64,000 nt of DNA from an uncultured Pirellulales bacterium (GTDB taxonomy: Bacteria > Planctomycetota > Phycisphaerae > Sedimentisphaerales > Anaerobacaceae): assembly GCA_964464635.1 (NCBI GenBank), contig CAYXGT010000001.1:1753-65752 (forward strand). The letters are read 5' to 3'. Of the stretch, positions 9,529-19,049 are shown one piece after another. The notes under the pieces were generated by a model. It saw only the letters and a program-made list of their open reading frames with translations. It ran no database searches and was not told the origin of the DNA. Numbering within the stretch: the first letter of the stretch is position 1; each line of letters starts with the position of its first letter. The position numbers and the translations under genes are program-made.

Positions 9529-9690
9529 TCAGCCCAGCATCATTTTTATCGCTGTGGTCTTGCCCGCACCGTTTCGACCCAGAAAACCGCATATACAGCC
9601 CTTCGGTATCTTCAAATCCAGATGGTCCACCGCAAGAGTCCTGCCGTAATATTTTGTCAGCCCTTCTGTTTCGAGAACTATTTCGCTCAT
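9529..9690 (-). pseudogene. Truncated ABC transporter ATP-binding gene (first 53 codons only, ends just after Walker A)
   Basis: Hand translation gives MSEIVLETEGLTKYYGRTLAVDHLDLKIPKGCICGFLGRNGAGKTTAIKMMLG*. The ATG at 9690 lies 7 nt after the GntR stop, the classic GntR(YtrA)-ABC arrangement. The rest of the ATPase is missing and RHS-like sequence follows. Confidence 0.7.
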
Positions 9691-9696
9691 CTTTTT

Positions 9697-10101
9697 TTAT
9701 TCCTTATCTTTTTCTTTCCTGCCGAATCCCGTTATTCTTGATTTGAACATCTCAACCAAATCCTTCGCTTCAATTCCGAGGTTGAGCCCGCGAACAATCA
9801 CATTGTCCATCCGCTCCGCAAGTGCACTAATGTCAGCAGCATCTCTGCCAATCATCTTCGGGTCACTTACAAAAGTTCCCGAGCCGGTCTTGGTACTGAC
9901 CAGCCCGGCCTGTTCCAGAATCGTATATGCCCTCGCCACCGTATTTGGATTTATAACCAGCTCGGCGGCGAGCTTTCGCACTGCAGGCAGCTTATCTCCG
10001 GTTTTCAACTGTCCTTTTGCTATCGCCTCGCTTACCTGATTCGCTACCTGAAGATAAATAGGCTCACTTGAACCTGGAGTTATCTGTACCCAAATTGTCA
10101 T
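9697..10101 (-). CDS. GntR family (YtrA-like, short) transcriptional regulator
   Basis: Winged-HTH string GDKLPAVRKLAAELVINPNTVARAYTILEQAGLVSTKTGSGTFV. At 134 aa it has the size typical of the YtrA subfamily. Confidence 0.85.
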   Translation of the reverse strand: MTIWVQITPGSSEPIYLQVANQVSEAIAKGQLKTGDKLPAVRKLAAELVINPNTVARAYTILEQAGLVSTKTGSGTFVSDPKMIGRDAADISALAERMDNVIVRGLNLGIEAKDLVEMFKSRITGFGRKEKDKE

Positions 10102-10270
10102 TTAAAAGTCCCTTTTAAAGAACTAAATCAGGCTGTTTCCTTTCTAAGTAACTAAGAAACAAAGCCTTATAATGTATTAATACCATTAGTACATTATGTA
10201 TTATTAGTCGGCTTTTTGCAACCTTTTTCTGAAAATTTTAAAAAATTTTATTTTTTTTGTTGATATCTTG

Positions 10271-10304
10271 TACAAATGTACGATATAATACTCGTACATT
10301 TGTA
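10271..10304. promoter_or_regulatory. Perfect 13-bp inverted repeat with TACA/TGTA cores flanking a TATAAT (candidate BlaI-type operator/promoter)
   Basis: TACAAATGTACGA (10271-10283), spacer TATAATAC, then TCGTACATTTGTA (10292-10304). It lies 24 nt upstream of the blaI-like ATG, whose SD AGGAG is at 10316-10320. Confidence 0.5.
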
Positions 10305-10327
10305 AAATATTAATCAGGAGATTAAAA

Positions 10328-10717
10328 ATGACAGAGTTACCTAACTCATCGATAAGCCCTGCTGAAACACAAATCTTAAGCCTCATCTGGCAACTGCAGC
10401 AGGCAACGGTTCAGCAGGTGCTGGACAACCTGCCCAAAGAGCGTGATATAACCTATGCCACCGTCCAGACACTTTTAAGAAGGCTGGAAAAGAAAGGATA
10501 CATCAAGCATATATCAAAAGGAAAAGCTCACCACTTCTTTGCTGCTGTGAAACAGAAAGACGTCATCTCAAAAAAGGTCGGTGACTTTTTAGACCGTCTT
10601 TTCGGCGGCGATTCCTTTCCACTTATGCAATACCTCGCTGAACACGGAAAGATAACCGCCGACGATATAGAAAAACTCAAAAACATAATCAATAAGCAAA
10701 AGACCGAGGACAAGTAA
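10328..10717 (+). CDS. BlaI/MecI/CopY family transcriptional repressor
   Basis: Penicillinase-repressor-type winged helix: ISPAETQILSLIW....ATVQQVLDNL......TYATVQTLLRRLEKKGYI. Confidence 0.8.
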   Translation: MTELPNSSISPAETQILSLIWQLQQATVQQVLDNLPKERDITYATVQTLLRRLEKKGYIKHISKGKAHHFFAAVKQKDVISKKVGDFLDRLFGGDSFPLMQYLAEHGKITADDIEKLKNIINKQKTEDK

Positions 10718-10808
10718 ACTACTACAGGTTATAATCCATGGTAATTTATTCATTTGAAAACTCTCACGCTTCTCTTAAAATAAAAAAAAATAACGAAAGG
10801 AGAAGACA

Positions 10809-13178
10809 ATGCGCTCGCCGAAACTATTATATGCAGTTTTTTCGTTATGTGCCGTTTTGCTGGTTACAGCCGGATGTTCGAGTCCACAAAGTTCACAAAA
10901 AGCCCGAATCACTATATCTTTCGATACCGACTGGCGACTTCTCAAAGGCGATGCAGCCGGAGCTGAAGAGCCGCAATTTAACGACACCGATTGGCGCAAC
11001 GTAAATGTGCCTCACGACTGGAGTATCGAGGGTCTCTTTGACCAGAACAATCCGACCGGACGCGGCGGAGCGTATCTGCCCAGCGGTATAAGCTGGTACC
11101 GTAAGCACTTTACCCTTCCTGCCGAATATGAGAAACGGCGGATTTTTACTGAATTCGACGGCGTGATGGCCAACAGTGACGTCTGGATTAACGGCGTTCA
11201 CCTCGGCAAGCGCCCTTACGGCTATGTGAGCTTTATGTATGAGCTGACAGACAATCTGAATTTCGGCGACAATACAAACGTACTGGCCGTCCGCACCGAT
11301 ACATCAAAACAGCCTGCTTCCCGCTGGTACACCGGCGCAGGTATCTACCGCCACGCCAGGCTCATCGCAACTGACCCCGTTCATATCGACCACTGGGGCG
11401 TATTCATTACAACTCCAAAAGTTACCACCGACCAGGCCCTCGTGAATGCTCAAACAAAGATTATCAATCAATCCGAACAGTCCCAGCAGGTGACACTGCA
11501 AACTACAATTCTTGCTCCCGATGGAAAAACTCTCCAGACCGCCCGTTCCACCCAGACCATCAAGGCGGGAAAATCAGCCGATTTCAATCAGGACATTCCC
11601 GTCGGCAACCCTAAACTGTGGGATACTGAAAATCCCGTTTTATATAGCGCCGCCAGCAAAGTCAGTATCGACGGTAATGTTGTAGATGATGCGGTTACAT
11701 CTTTCGGTATTCGCTGGTTCGAATTCAAAGCCGATACGGGTTTTTGGCTCAACGGCAGGAATATGAAATTCAAAGGAGTCTGTCTGCATCACGACTGCGG
11801 TGCTCTCGGCGCCGCTGTGCCGCTGCGAGCCTGGCAGAGACGTCTGGAAAAACTAAAACATATAGGCGTCAATGCCATTCGTACCGCCCATAATCCGGTT
11901 GCTCCGGAATTTCTCGACCTCTGCGACAGGATGGGCTTTCTGGTAATGCACGAAGTTCTCGATACCTGGACCGCAACCAAGAACCATGCAGACTTCGGCT
12001 ACCAGCATTATTTTCGAGATTGGTGGCAGACCGACACTCGCGATACGGTGCTGCGCGACCGCAACCATCCAAGCATCATTATATACAGTGCGGGAAACGA
12101 GATTCGCGATGACCTGAATTCCGAGCAGGCCTTCGATACCATAAAGGCTATGCTTGATTTATATCATACAATCGACCCGACGCGCCCGGTGACAATGGCA
12201 ATATTCAGGCCCAATGTCAGCGGCGTATATAAAAACGGATTCGCAGACCTGCTGGATGTGGTCGGCCAAAACTATCGCGTTGACGAAATTCTGGCGGCCC
12301 ATCGCGACAAGCCGGAGCGTAAGATTATCAGTACGGAAAACATCCACGACCGCCAAAGCTGGATGGCACTGAGGGACACACCTTTTTATGCCGGCCAGTT
12401 CCTCTGGACAGGGATTCGTTATCTCGGCGAGGCCGACTGGCCTTATATCACCTGGAGCGATTCACTGTTAGACCGCACCGGCAAACAGCTTCCTATCGGC
12501 TATCAAAGGCAAAGCTGGTGGTCCGACAAACCGATGGTTCATATCGTCCGGGTTGTGACGGCTGCCGGTGAAGGCGATACTCGCCAAACCGAGTGGTGCT
12601 CAAACTGGACACCGCGCAACAAGGATAACTACCAGGAAGCAATTCTGGAAGTGTACAGCAATTGTCAGGAGGTCGAAATTTTACTGAATGGAAAATCGCT
12701 TGGAACGAAACCTGTACCCGAAGATGCATCGCCTGTAACCTGGACCATTGATTTCAAAGAGGGCACAATCAAAGCGGCCGGCAAAAACAACGGCGAAGTT
12801 ACGGCTGTTCACGAGCTAAAGACCGCAGGCAACCCGGCTAAAATCCTGCTTTCAACAGACCGCCCGAAACTGGCTCACTGCTTCGATGATGTAGCCTATG
12901 TAACCGTTACGATTGCCGATGAAAACGACGTTCCCCATCCCTGGGCCGACAACCTTGTCACTTTTAAGCTCGACGGCCCCGGCGAAATTATCGCCGTCGA
13001 TAACGGCAATCGCGCCAGCCATGAATCCTTCCACTCAAATCAAAGAAGAGCCTTTCAGGGCCAATGTATCGCCGTAATCAGGGCAACCGCTCCATCCGGG
13101 ACAATTACAGTAACTGCTTCAGCAGAAGGATTAAAAGATTCCACCGTTACAATTGAAGCAACCGCAGCAGAAAAATAA
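10809..13178 (+). CDS. Glycoside hydrolase family 2 (beta-galactosidase/beta-glucuronidase-like), lipoprotein signal
   Basis: GH2 N-terminal sugar-binding strings are present (FNDTDWRNVNVPHDWSIEG; ISWYRKHF; FDGVMANSDVWINGVHLG.RPYGY). The TIM-barrel strings NAIRTAHNP and NHPSIIIYSAGNE follow. The signal is LLVTAGCSS. Confidence 0.85.
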   Translation: MRSPKLLYAVFSLCAVLLVTAGCSSPQSSQKARITISFDTDWRLLKGDAAGAEEPQFNDTDWRNVNVPHDWSIEGLFDQNNPTGRGGAYLPSGISWYRKHFTLPAEYEKRRIFTEFDGVMANSDVWINGVHLGKRPYGYVSFMYELTDNLNFGDNTNVLAVRTDTSKQPASRWYTGAGIYRHARLIATDPVHIDHWGVFITTPKVTTDQALVNAQTKIINQSEQSQQVTLQTTILAPDGKTLQTARSTQTIKAGKSADFNQDIPVGNPKLWDTENPVLYSAASKVSIDGNVVDDAVTSFGIRWFEFKADTGFWLNGRNMKFKGVCLHHDCGALGAAVPLRAWQRRLEKLKHIGVNAIRTAHNPVAPEFLDLCDRMGFLVMHEVLDTWTATKNHADFGYQHYFRDWWQTDTRDTVLRDRNHPSIIIYSAGNEIRDDLNSEQAFDTIKAMLDLYHTIDPTRPVTMAIFRPNVSGVYKNGFADLLDVVGQNYRVDEILAAHRDKPERKIISTENIHDRQSWMALRDTPFYAGQFLWTGIRYLGEADWPYITWSDSLLDRTGKQLPIGYQRQSWWSDKPMVHIVRVVTAAGEGDTRQTEWCSNWTPRNKDNYQEAILEVYSNCQEVEILLNGKSLGTKPVPEDASPVTWTIDFKEGTIKAAGKNNGEVTAVHELKTAGNPAKILLSTDRPKLAHCFDDVAYVTVTIADENDVPHPWADNLVTFKLDGPGEIIAVDNGNRASHESFHSNQRRAFQGQCIAVIRATAPSGTITVTASAEGLKDSTVTIEATAAEK

Positions 13179-13190
13179 TTAGAAAAATAT

Positions 13191-13279
13191 GTCATTCCCG
13201 CGAAGGCGGGAATCCAGTACTTCTTAAGTAAGTAACACGGGCTTCCAGCCTGTGTCAGCACGGCCAAGTTACCCGTGCT
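13191..13279. repeat. Composite of a family-A half-element (GTCATTCCCGCGAAGGCGGGAATCC) and a family-B bipartite palindrome
   Basis: Hairpin ATTCCCGC-GAAG-GCGGGAAT spans 13194-13213. Hairpin ACACGGGC-TTCCA-GCCTGTGT spans 13235-13255. Hairpin AGCACGG...CCGTGCT spans 13257-13279. Related copies are listed under findings. Confidence 0.7.
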
Positions 13280-13301
13280 TCTTTCTGAGAAAGGTATCAT
13301 T

Positions 13302-13739
13302 ATGGAATATGCAGTAGGAAAAACCGGCAGGGTCATTGCCGCAAGGCTATTCGAAGGCGATGACCTTTACGAGTCAATTGAGCAGATCGCAAAAAAAGAA
13401 AACATAAAATCAGCAGCGGTTTTTATCACAGGCGGATTCAGAAAGGCAAATGTCGTTGTCGGCCCAAAAGTTGAAAAGCCAAAAATCGAATCCAACTTCA
13501 AACCATTCGAAGGCCCGGGCGAAGTACTCGGCGTCGGGACTATCTACTGTAACGACAAAGGGCCGAAACTACATATTCATACCGCTATAGGAAAAGGCGA
13601 TGAAACAATCGTCGGCTGCCCCCGCGGCGGAGCAAAAACATTTCTCATCCTCGAAGTTACAATAATCGAAATCGATAGGATAAAGGCCCAAAGAAAACCC
13701 GACAGTGAGACCGGCTTTAACCTGCTGAGGTTCGAATAA
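13302..13739 (+). CDS. PPC (DUF296) domain-containing protein
   Basis: MEYAVGKTGRVIAARLFEGDDLYESIEQIAKKENIKSAAVFITGGFRKANV...HIHTAIG resembles the PPC/DUF296 fold family. The ATG at 13302 is preferred because the GTG at 13275 lies inside a repeat hairpin. Confidence 0.5.
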   Translation: MEYAVGKTGRVIAARLFEGDDLYESIEQIAKKENIKSAAVFITGGFRKANVVVGPKVEKPKIESNFKPFEGPGEVLGVGTIYCNDKGPKLHIHTAIGKGDETIVGCPRGGAKTFLILEVTIIEIDRIKAQRKPDSETGFNLLRFE

Positions 13740-13766
13740 AATCCTTAATCGTTGAAAGGGGAAAAA

Positions 13767-14222
13767 ATGAAATTTACAAAAAAGAAAATCGGCTTATTTG
13801 TATTATTGCTGTTCGTCTTTATTGTGGGAGGTATTCTGGGTTTGGGAACCTCATCATATCTTTACTATCGTCACGTTTTTTCCAATATGGCCGACGAAAC
13901 CGCAATCAATGTCTCTACCCAGTTAAGCTATCTTTGTCTTTTGCGTATCGGTGACGTAAACACCGCAATCGAACATATGGAAACTGCTGTGGATACCGGT
14001 ATAGTGAATATCACACAAACTCCGAACATACCTCAGACGGATTACCGTTATCGTACTTTGCGGAGCGTAAAAACCTACAGACAGTTTTACCCATCGAGAC
14101 CGGAAAACCCTGAACTGTCTGAGGCTCTGAAAAATATTCCGAGGATTGAAGAAAGCGAATTCAAATGCGAAAGCCCGCTCTGCCGTTTGGTCAAATATCA
14201 CTCATCGAAAGATGATGACTAA
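13767..14222 (+). CDS. Hypothetical membrane-anchored protein
   Basis: ATG at 13767 after a purine-rich SD. An N-terminal TM (IGLFVLLLFVFIVGGILGLG) is present and no family motif was recognised. Confidence 0.4.
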   Translation: MKFTKKKIGLFVLLLFVFIVGGILGLGTSSYLYYRHVFSNMADETAINVSTQLSYLCLLRIGDVNTAIEHMETAVDTGIVNITQTPNIPQTDYRYRTLRSVKTYRQFYPSRPENPELSEALKNIPRIEESEFKCESPLCRLVKYHSSKDDD

Positions 14223-14236
14223 ACAGCCCTGCACTT

Positions 14237-14725
14237 TTAATTTTGCGCCTGTATCTTCAAATTCTTGCGAGTAGGCCCGAAAAAGATAAACGCAATAAGT
14301 ATCAAAGCTGCTCCCGACAGAAACAACCCGAACCGTCGTCTCGGCTGTCTTATCCTTTCAAGCCACTCAGGCAGAATAACTTCTGCGATTGCTTTGTCAC
14401 TATCTCTCATCAAAGCCGCCCTCGCTGTCGCAAGCTCCTGTGCTGTTGCCTGCGGATACACCGCATTTAAATCTTCTTCCGCCGAACCCAGCGTGACACG
14501 TGCAGCCCGCCTGAGCAAACCTGGATTTGTCTGGAGCTGCCCTAAAAGCACATCATAATCTTCATCCAATGAACGCAGCTTCTCGTTCGATGCCTCGACC
14601 GCATCCAGCATATCTCTGCTTCGATAATATGAAACCAGCTCATCACAAAGGATAGACAGCCCCAGGGCGGACAAACCGATGGCGAAAAAAAAACAAAATA
14701 TAAAAAATCTGATAATACCCTGCAT
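14237..14725 (-). CDS. Putative FtsB/DivIC-like (septum formation initiator family) membrane protein with an extra C-terminal TM
   Basis: Internal Met at 14725 (MQGIIRFFIFCFFFAIGLSALGL, TM). A coiled-coil stretch ends in NPGLLRRAARVTLGSAEED, resembling the FtsB '..AR..LG...E' end. It lies directly downstream of eno, a common eno-ftsB synteny. A second TM lies near the C-terminus. Confidence 0.4.
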   Translation of the reverse strand: MQGIIRFFIFCFFFAIGLSALGLSILCDELVSYYRSRDMLDAVEASNEKLRSLDEDYDVLLGQLQTNPGLLRRAARVTLGSAEEDLNAVYPQATAQELATARAALMRDSDKAIAEVILPEWLERIRQPRRRFGLFLSGAALILIAFIFFGPTRKNLKIQAQN

Positions 14726-14812
14726 CGGCCCGCACTTTTTCCCTATAAACAATAAGTGCACCGGCAGCAAAACCCTTCTGCACCTGTGCACTTATAATTA
14801 TCGACCGCCGGC

Positions 14813-16165
<1,353 letters not shown>

Positions 16166-16377
16166 TCATTCTTTTAACCGTTTTTGCCTCGCCAGTCAAG
16201 TGCGAATATCGAAGCTCTCCCCTTCGCATTTTTGGCGAGCATTATGACCCTGCCGATGGTGCTCTGAACAGACCGGATTGTAAGGGCATTGTCGTTGAGA
16301 TTCAGCGGAAAAATATAAAGCTGATTTCAGCTAAATGATATGTCCAAACTTCTGAGTTGGTAAACCGATAAACTATC

Positions 16378-16923
16378 TTAGTGGAAATCGAACATAGACT
16401 GAGTCTTCACTATTGTAACCTGCTCTGGATAAGCTGAAAACGTATGAACGTGCAGCTCCTGAGGTCTCGCCTCGAAATCGACATAACAGAATGGCTGAAG
16501 ACCGGCAGTTTCAAGCTCGGGAAACTTGACAAAAACACCGCGATTGCGGGCAAACCGCTCAAGGTCACTGTGGCTCTGCTGATAAAGGGCGGGCGTCATC
16601 TTCTCTATCTGAAAGTCCGTCATATAGCTGACACCACGGCTCAGCGTGCACTTGTGGCTGCGGGGTCCGCGAAACTGAAAACGCTCAATCATCCCGCGAT
16701 GAGGAAGAATCTGGCCGGGGATACTGACAACCTCGCTGAGACAAACATCTTTTGCAAAAACGCTGATGACGTGAGTACAGCCGGTAATCCATATATGTGC
16801 TTCGTATTTCTCTGTCTTTAATTCTCGTCTGGCATAAATAGTAAAAAGTTCCGGGTGAAGCGGTTTTTGAAACAAACTAAATGTCAGCCCTTCAACAGCT
16901 ACATTAATGCGTGGTGAATCCAT
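16378..16923 (-). CDS. Conserved hypothetical protein (possibly DUF2617-like)
   Basis: Clean 181-aa ORF with coding-like composition. The DUF2617 suggestion comes only from a remembered 'LHPELF' style N-terminus and is unverified. Confidence 0.4.
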   Translation of the reverse strand: MDSPRINVAVEGLTFSLFQKPLHPELFTIYARRELKTEKYEAHIWITGCTHVISVFAKDVCLSEVVSIPGQILPHRGMIERFQFRGPRSHKCTLSRGVSYMTDFQIEKMTPALYQQSHSDLERFARNRGVFVKFPELETAGLQPFCYVDFEARPQELHVHTFSAYPEQVTIVKTQSMFDFH

Positions 16924-17133
16924 AAATTTATCCCTAAACGAAAATGCAAACTATCACATACAATATTATTATACGAAAATTGCCGCTGCCAATTCAACCC
17001 TTATACCAGTATTGATAAACGCGTTTAGCCCGCTTATAGGACTAACATTTCACAAACCACCGGAATAAAAAGAGTAATGGAAATCAAATTTTTTAAAAAA
17101 ATTTAACAAAACCTGAAAATGCCCCGATTTTTT

Positions 17134-18063
17134 TTACCCCCCGTTAAGGTATGCCTGAATGAAAACCGCGATGATATTATAAAAAGCGTGTGTGCCGGCT
17201 GTTATCCCGAAACCCCGCACCGCAAACACAACCGCGAAATAAACCCCCGCAATCGTCCGGAAAATAAACTCCGTCAAATCAAACGCGTCCGCCTGCTGGC
17301 CGCTGAAAAATGCCATATGATGATGCGCACTGAACAGAGCGGCTGCAATAATAACCGACAGCACAATCGACTGATTGTGACTGAGCTTCAGCAAATCATA
17401 AAAGAAAATCATCAAAACACATATCAGTATCAGCCGGAACACAAGCTCCTCATAAATGCCCGCCCCGATGCCGGTTACGATACCCGCAAGGATATTCGAG
17501 TGCACAACTGAATTTATCTGCTCATCCTCACCAACCTGAAAATCACCCTGCTCACCAGGGCGAACAACCATCTGCGACTGACAATAAACAACGCTTCTCA
17601 TAGTTGCAGCACCGGCTCTATCCTGCTGCTCTATCGGCTGCGAAGATGTAATCAAAAACAAACCCAACACTATCAATGGCACTGCAAGGATAATACTCTC
17701 GGCTGCCATCCACCCGAGGTCGGCCGGCACACAATACCAGCGCTTGCGGGAGACAACCTGCAGTGACAATAAAATCACAACCACCACAAAAGGCGGCGCA
17801 GCCCACGCAATCTTGCTGCTGAAACCGACATACTCGATAAAATTCTGAAGCCATACAAACGCCACTACCCTGATTTGAGCATGCCTCAGGACGTCCGTAT
17901 TGATAAGAATTGTCCCCACCTCGTAAAAAACAATAAACGGCAAAAGAAACACCAAGCCGTAAAAAGGCCGGCCCGTCCGCTCAAGATATGAATCCCTTGT
18001 GAAGTTCAGAAGCTGGCTCGTGCTGTAGCTGAACCTGTCTTTCACTCCATTGCTCTTCGCCAT
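17134..18063 (-). CDS. CPBP family intramembrane glutamic endopeptidase (CAAX protease/Abi-like)
   Basis: Polytopic membrane protein carrying the three CPBP motifs: EELVFR (GIYEELVFRLIL), FSAHHH and HAFYN. Confidence 0.75.
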   Translation of the reverse strand: MAKSNGVKDRFSYSTSQLLNFTRDSYLERTGRPFYGLVFLLPFIVFYEVGTILINTDVLRHAQIRVVAFVWLQNFIEYVGFSSKIAWAAPPFVVVVILLSLQVVSRKRWYCVPADLGWMAAESIILAVPLIVLGLFLITSSQPIEQQDRAGAATMRSVVYCQSQMVVRPGEQGDFQVGEDEQINSVVHSNILAGIVTGIGAGIYEELVFRLILICVLMIFFYDLLKLSHNQSIVLSVIIAAALFSAHHHMAFFSGQQADAFDLTEFIFRTIAGVYFAVVFAVRGFGITAGTHAFYNIIAVFIQAYLNGG

Positions 18064-18137
18064 AGTGATAACTCTTCCTTACGTAATACAAACGTCAACA
18101 TCAAAACTCAATGTGCTTTGTAGAAAACACCTCTATA

Positions 18138-18203
18138 GTCATTCCCGCGCAGGCAGGAATCCAATTTTATAGTCTATAGATTCCGCATCAAGTGCGGAAT
18201 GAC
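18138..18203. repeat. 66-bp family-A bipartite palindromic element
   Basis: The sequence is GTCATTCCCGCGCAGGCAGGAATCC-N17-GATTCCGCATCAAGTGCGGAATGAC. It forms two hairpins with terminal inverted GTCATTCC/GGAATGAC. It closely matches the reverse complement of 41933-41998. Confidence 0.8.
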
Positions 18204-18347
18204 AATTGAACAAGTCTCTTTTCTACAGAGCAAACTCAATGACGACTATGAACAAAAAATTTAATCAGAGTTTACTTAAATTGTCTTAAGATTACAATAG
18301 ACAAAAAATAATGCAGAAATGCTCACTTTGTACCGGGCTGTTTAGTT

Positions 18348-19013
18348 ATGACAGGACAGAAACTAACCGAAATTTACAATCTGCTTTCAGAGCGCTTCGG
18401 CCCTCAGCACTGGTGGCCGGGAGAAACCCCCTTCGAAATAATTATCGGCGCAATACTTACGCAGAACACAAACTGGTCAAACGTCGAAAAAGCAATCACA
18501 AACCTTAAATCTCAAAACCTGCTCTCGCCTGAAAAGCTAATCAGTATAAATACTGAAAGAATGGCCGGGCTTATCCGCCCCGCAGGCTACTTCAATATAA
18601 AAGCGAAAAGACTGAAAAACTTTTTGAACTGGCTTACCGAAAATTACCAGGGCCGGCTCGAAAATCTCTACTCCGTCGATACCGAACAATTAAAACAGCA
18701 GCTTCTAAGTATAACCGGAATCGGCGCCGAGACCGCCGACTCGATTCTCTTGTACGCACTTTCAAGACCTGTCTTTGTCGTCGATGCCTACACAGCCCGC
18801 ATAGCTGTAAGGCACAATCTTATCGAGCCTCCCTTTGATTACTCACAGCTTCAGGAGCTTTTTCAAAATAACCTGACCGAAGACGTCCGGCTTTTCAATG
18901 AATATCACGCGCTGCTGGTAAAACTTGGAAAGGAATACTGCCGCAAGAAACCGAAATGTGCCGGCTGTCCCCTCGAAAAACTGCCCCACAACATCGAAGA
19001 GCAATCCTTCTAA
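18348..19013 (+). CDS. Endonuclease III-related HhH-GPD family DNA glycosylase-like protein
   Basis: FEIIIGAILTQNTNWSNVEKAI, an HhH region ITGIGAETADSILLYA, and a C-terminal Cys cluster CRKKPKCAGCPL. Confidence 0.7.
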   Translation: MTGQKLTEIYNLLSERFGPQHWWPGETPFEIIIGAILTQNTNWSNVEKAITNLKSQNLLSPEKLISINTERMAGLIRPAGYFNIKAKRLKNFLNWLTENYQGRLENLYSVDTEQLKQQLLSITGIGAETADSILLYALSRPVFVVDAYTARIAVRHNLIEPPFDYSQLQELFQNNLTEDVRLFNEYHALLVKLGKEYCRKKPKCAGCPLEKLPHNIEEQSF

Positions 19014-19049
19014 GACAAAGCCGGCACAAAATCATTTATCATTAAAAAC

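Noticed and set aside
9441-9746. 101-aa and 78-aa plus-strand ORFs across the ABC/GntR junction
   Set aside because: They are antisense to the recognisable Walker-A fragment and the GntR 3' end. Their products are low-complexity.
16186-16240. Nested hairpin (CTCGCCA...TGCGAA...TTCGCA...TGGCGAG) in the spacer upstream of eno
   Set aside because: It could be a terminator for the preceding gene or a 5'-UTR structure. There is no T-tract on either side and no recognisable riboswitch or sRNA signature, so it was left uncalled.
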